Shown here piece by piece: positions 60,856-64,000 of a DNA stretch of 64,000 nt. Where the stretch lies: positions 1,178,001 to 1,242,000 of the forward strand of contig AP026130.1 in NCBI GenBank assembly GCA_030295235.1, in the 5' to 3' direction. Source of the stretch: Fistulifera solaris (taxonomy: Eukaryota). The notes below the pieces were generated by a model. It was not told where the DNA came from and did not search any database. It saw only the letters and a program-made list of their open reading frames with translations. Each line of letters opens with the position of its first letter. Within the stretch, counting starts at the first letter, position 1. The translations under genes and the position numbers were made by a program.

Positions 60856-60960
60856 CTACTCGGCTAAAAAATCTTTTTCCAATTTATGTTCTATACACAA
60901 ACACGTAAGGTTATTAGCAAGTAAAAGTTGCAAAAGCTGTTTTATTGATGCATTTTTCTC

Positions 60961-62327
60961 TTAAACAATACCTCCACCATAGCCACGGTCAGGTGCATAG
61001 ATGTCTGGGTAATCGCGGGAACTAATAGGTCTTCGTTTAATCAAAGACGGTCCTTCCTTTTCAAAGCGGCTACAGTAGGCGTTCCAAGAAGACCCATGGC
61101 TCGATCTAGTTCCTTCTTCAAAATGTCATACGCTTTGATGACACCTTCTGTACCTCCTGCAGCAAGACCCCAAAGGTATGGCTTTCCAACACCCACCGAA
61201 TCAGCACCCAATGCGATAGCTTTGGCAATATCGGTACCACGCTGAACACCACCGTCTAGAATGATTTCTACATCCGGTCCTACCGCTTCACGGATCGACG
61301 GCAACACATCGATCGTGGCGGGAGATGTCTCTAGCTGTCGCGCACCGTGATTCGAGACCCAAATCGTGCTGAATCCGATCTCAATCGCCTTCTTCGCATC
61401 CTCCGGTCGTACAACACCCTTTGGCGCTGCCGGGCCATTCCATTCACCCAAAAGCCATTCGGCGTCTTTCCAGCTGAACTCTGGCATAATTTGACTATTC
61501 ACAAAGGCCGCAAGAGAGTCTGCAGGGACTTCGGTATTGATGCAGGCATATGTGTATGGTTCGTGAGATAGAAAGTCCCACGTCCAAGCAGGCTTCTTTA
61601 ACGCTTCGATCGTCTGTTTCAAGTTGTACTTGGGAGGAATTGAAAAGTCGTTACGAATATCGCGTTCACGGTTTCCATACCAAGTGAAGTCAACCGTTAA
61701 AGCTAAAGCGTTGAAACCTCCCTCTTTCGCTTTGGCCAAGACTTCTTTGACGAGTTCACGATCTTTCCAGACATAGAGCTGAAACACTTTCGGACCATTG
61801 TGAATTTTCCCGATTTCTGTAATGCCCGTGGTCGCCAAACTACTCAATCCGTACATGGTACCGTGATGTTCGGCGGCTTTGGCCGCGGCCGTTTCTCCTT
61901 CCCAGTGAAACATGCGATTTCCGGCCGTCGGGCAACCGAAGAACGGAAGATTGACATCCTGACCAAAGATTTTGGTGCGCAAGTCGAGAGGAGGTTTGAT
62001 TCCTGCGAGAATCTTATAATGCATCTCCAATTGCGAGTAAGCGTCCTTTCCGCGTCGCAAACTGATCTCGTCATCGGCACCGGAATCCAAATAATCAAAG
62101 ACCATCTAAAAATGGGATGTATTGTAAGACGATTATAGATTCGACGATTCATTCGAAACAACTCTCTCCTTCTTTACCTTATGAGCCCGAGATTTAGCAA
62201 TCAATCGAAGATCCGCAATGTTGACGGCCTTCTTCAGCCGGGCCTTGTAAGGCGCATCAAAGACAGCGCCCAAGGGGATCTTTTGAAGAAACTTGTGAAC
62301 TCCGTACTTGTGGGGATTGAAAATCAT
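60961..62327 (-). CDS. FMN-dependent alpha-hydroxy-acid dehydrogenase (L-lactate dehydrogenase/glycolate oxidase family)
   Basis: FDYLDSGADDE, FQLYV, LTVD, GNRERD, KGV, VSNHGARQL, DGGVQRGTDIAKAIALGA; intron 62106-62177; indel near 61058, probable true stop 60961-60963. Confidence 0.93.
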
Positions 62328-62764
62328 GTTGGCAGCAACAAAAGTCAATCAATGTGAATGTACAAACTGAATAGGAATGGAACAAAGAACTATATTGTTC
62401 TCTTTTATCGTCAACGACAAGGTGTTTTTTGTGTTGCTGTTTGTTGGCTTGCAAATCAAGGCGAAATTTTGTTGGAGTGCTTTTGCGACGAGGAAATGCA
62501 ATGCTTACGTCATCGTACTTTTTGCGCGTATTTTCGGTCGCGTGGCTTGGCGATCTTCGTGTTCAATGACGTGGAAAAAACGATGACAGTAATGACGTCA
62601 TGAACGGCACTTGTAACGCAAACGCTAGTGAAACTATGTTCGTAAGAGCTCGACTTAAATAATTTTTCACAATATTTGCATGCAATAAAAACCATTTGCA
62701 TTATTATGCGATTATTATGAAAGCTACACAAATACAAAAACAAAACAAAATGAAGGACTGTCTT

Positions 62765-64000
62765 TCATCGCACGTAAACCGGCATGTCGGCCATGATCTC
62801 GGAATAATCTTCACTCTCGGAGTACTCGGAGTCGTACTCGGAATCATCGTCACTGCCCGATGATTCTTCTTCGTCATTTTCGGTGGATGGATCCGTTACA
62901 GCAGTGCCCATAGAAGAGCGCTTGGATAGCTTTGAAACGATGATGCGAGGAGACGTCTTGACAATGATGGGTTCCGATGGTGAAGGCTTGGCTTGACGTT
63001 GAGGAGACAAGGGCGGCATGGTCGCTAAACCAGCCAACAATTCGTTCATCTCATCGGCATCCATGATATCATCATCGGAACTGTAATCCGAATCAGAGTC
63101 GTAGTCACTGTCTGAATCTTCTTCGGAGCTTTCGCTTAGAAGCTCATGCATTCTGGCATGATTACTTTGACTCATTTTCGCCATGGGTACTTCTTGAATG
63201 GGCTCAATCTCTAACTCGTGCAGTGTTTCGAGCTCGGCCTTGGTGGGTCCTGCCAATGTGGCCAAAATGTCATCCATATCATTCATATCAAAGGAACGCT
63301 CGGTGAGATTCAGCATAGTGGCCGTAAACACGCGTTCGGAGATTTCGCGCTCCGTCTCTTCCACTTCTTCCAAGTTCTCGTGTCGCAGCAGTAGAGCTTC
63401 TTCGGGCTCCATTGTGCCGCACACCACCAATTGGGCGAGTTCCGGTGTCAGGGCATGTTTCGGATTGGCGATAGGACAGGAGTTGGCTGGGGATCGAACA
63501 AGTGCGGACTGGGGTCGCACACTGTTCGGCGATCGTTGTGGCCAAAAATGTCCTTCTTTTCTTCAAAGAAATCGATCCATTGTTTCCAGTGCTCTTTGCG
63601 AGCACAAGCGAGAGGAGGGTTCTGTCGGCTGTCATTCATGAACAGCATGTCAATGTCTTCTCGTAACAACAGTTCGACGGTGTCAAACGCTGGCTGGCTG
63701 GCCCAGAAGACGTCGTGGAGTAAAGTTCTACCCAACGTGTCAGCAACCTCAAATCGGCATCCATACTTCTTAAACAAGTTCAGTAATTCCGTGTCACCGC
63801 GTCGGGCAATCATGTGGATCAGCGATTCTCCTTGTTTGCTGCAAGGGTTCGCGCTGATTCCTGCTTTGAGCATGGCTTCAATCTCAGTCAAGCGGCGATT
63901 GCGCACCAAGTTGACCAGATTTACATCGTAGCTGGCAATCTGAAAGGGGGTGGGTTTGTTGAAATAGCCGCAGCTACTTGAATCGTGACGGTTTGTAGAA
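62765..64000 (-). CDS. Ankyrin-repeat protein with acidic C-terminus (5'-truncated by window; one apparent frameshift)
   Basis: GISANPCSKQGESLIHMIARRGD, DTLGRTLLHDVFWASQP, W..WIDFF; frame change about 63450-63540 into the acidic ORF ending at 62765. Confidence 0.82.

Noticed and set aside
2263..63540. Programmed ribosomal frameshifting as a genome-wide system
   Set aside because: Shifts go in both directions with no shared slippery/stop motif; homopolymer errors are the simpler explanation

Overview
Gene-dense eukaryotic nuclear DNA, most likely from a diatom (probably pennate; this is inference). The evidence is short GT-AG introns, bipartite plastid-targeting presequences (AYA-FV, ASA-WL), a mitochondrial ornithine carbamoyltransferase and several diatom-type hypothetical families. 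About 33 protein-coding loci are recognisable, including a Nudix CoA pyrophosphatase, p24, COX20, malonyl-CoA decarboxylase, DUF89 phosphatase, RING-H2, truncated haemoglobin, RDD, MORN, plastid L15, a PHD protein, Arc1p-like, DnaJ, OTC, DLST, two ankyrin paralogues, COX7a-like, pirin, TGT, OYE, AlaAT, Pho88-ANK, A20, a DAO-family oxidoreductase and an alpha-hydroxy-acid dehydrogenase. Many conserved genes carry single-base indels, mostly in homopolymers, which points to an unpolished long-read assembly. There are three tandem-repeat families: a palindrome-rich ~210-bp repeat present as two inverted arrays bracketing two genes, an 82-bp minisatellite and a 227-bp satellite. A degenerate duplicated segment lies at 47.6-51 kb. 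The most notable candidates are a PNKP-like phosphatase/kinase fused to an aldo-keto reductase, the inverted (Foldback-like) arrays, an acidic protein with beta-thymosin/WH2-like repeats, a tail-anchored truncated globin head-to-head with an actinobacterial-style RDD gene, a Pho88/SND3-ankyrin fusion and a tiny ASDURF-like ORF. No rRNA, tRNA, CRISPR or intact transposase was found. All family calls are motif recognition by eye; no searches were run.
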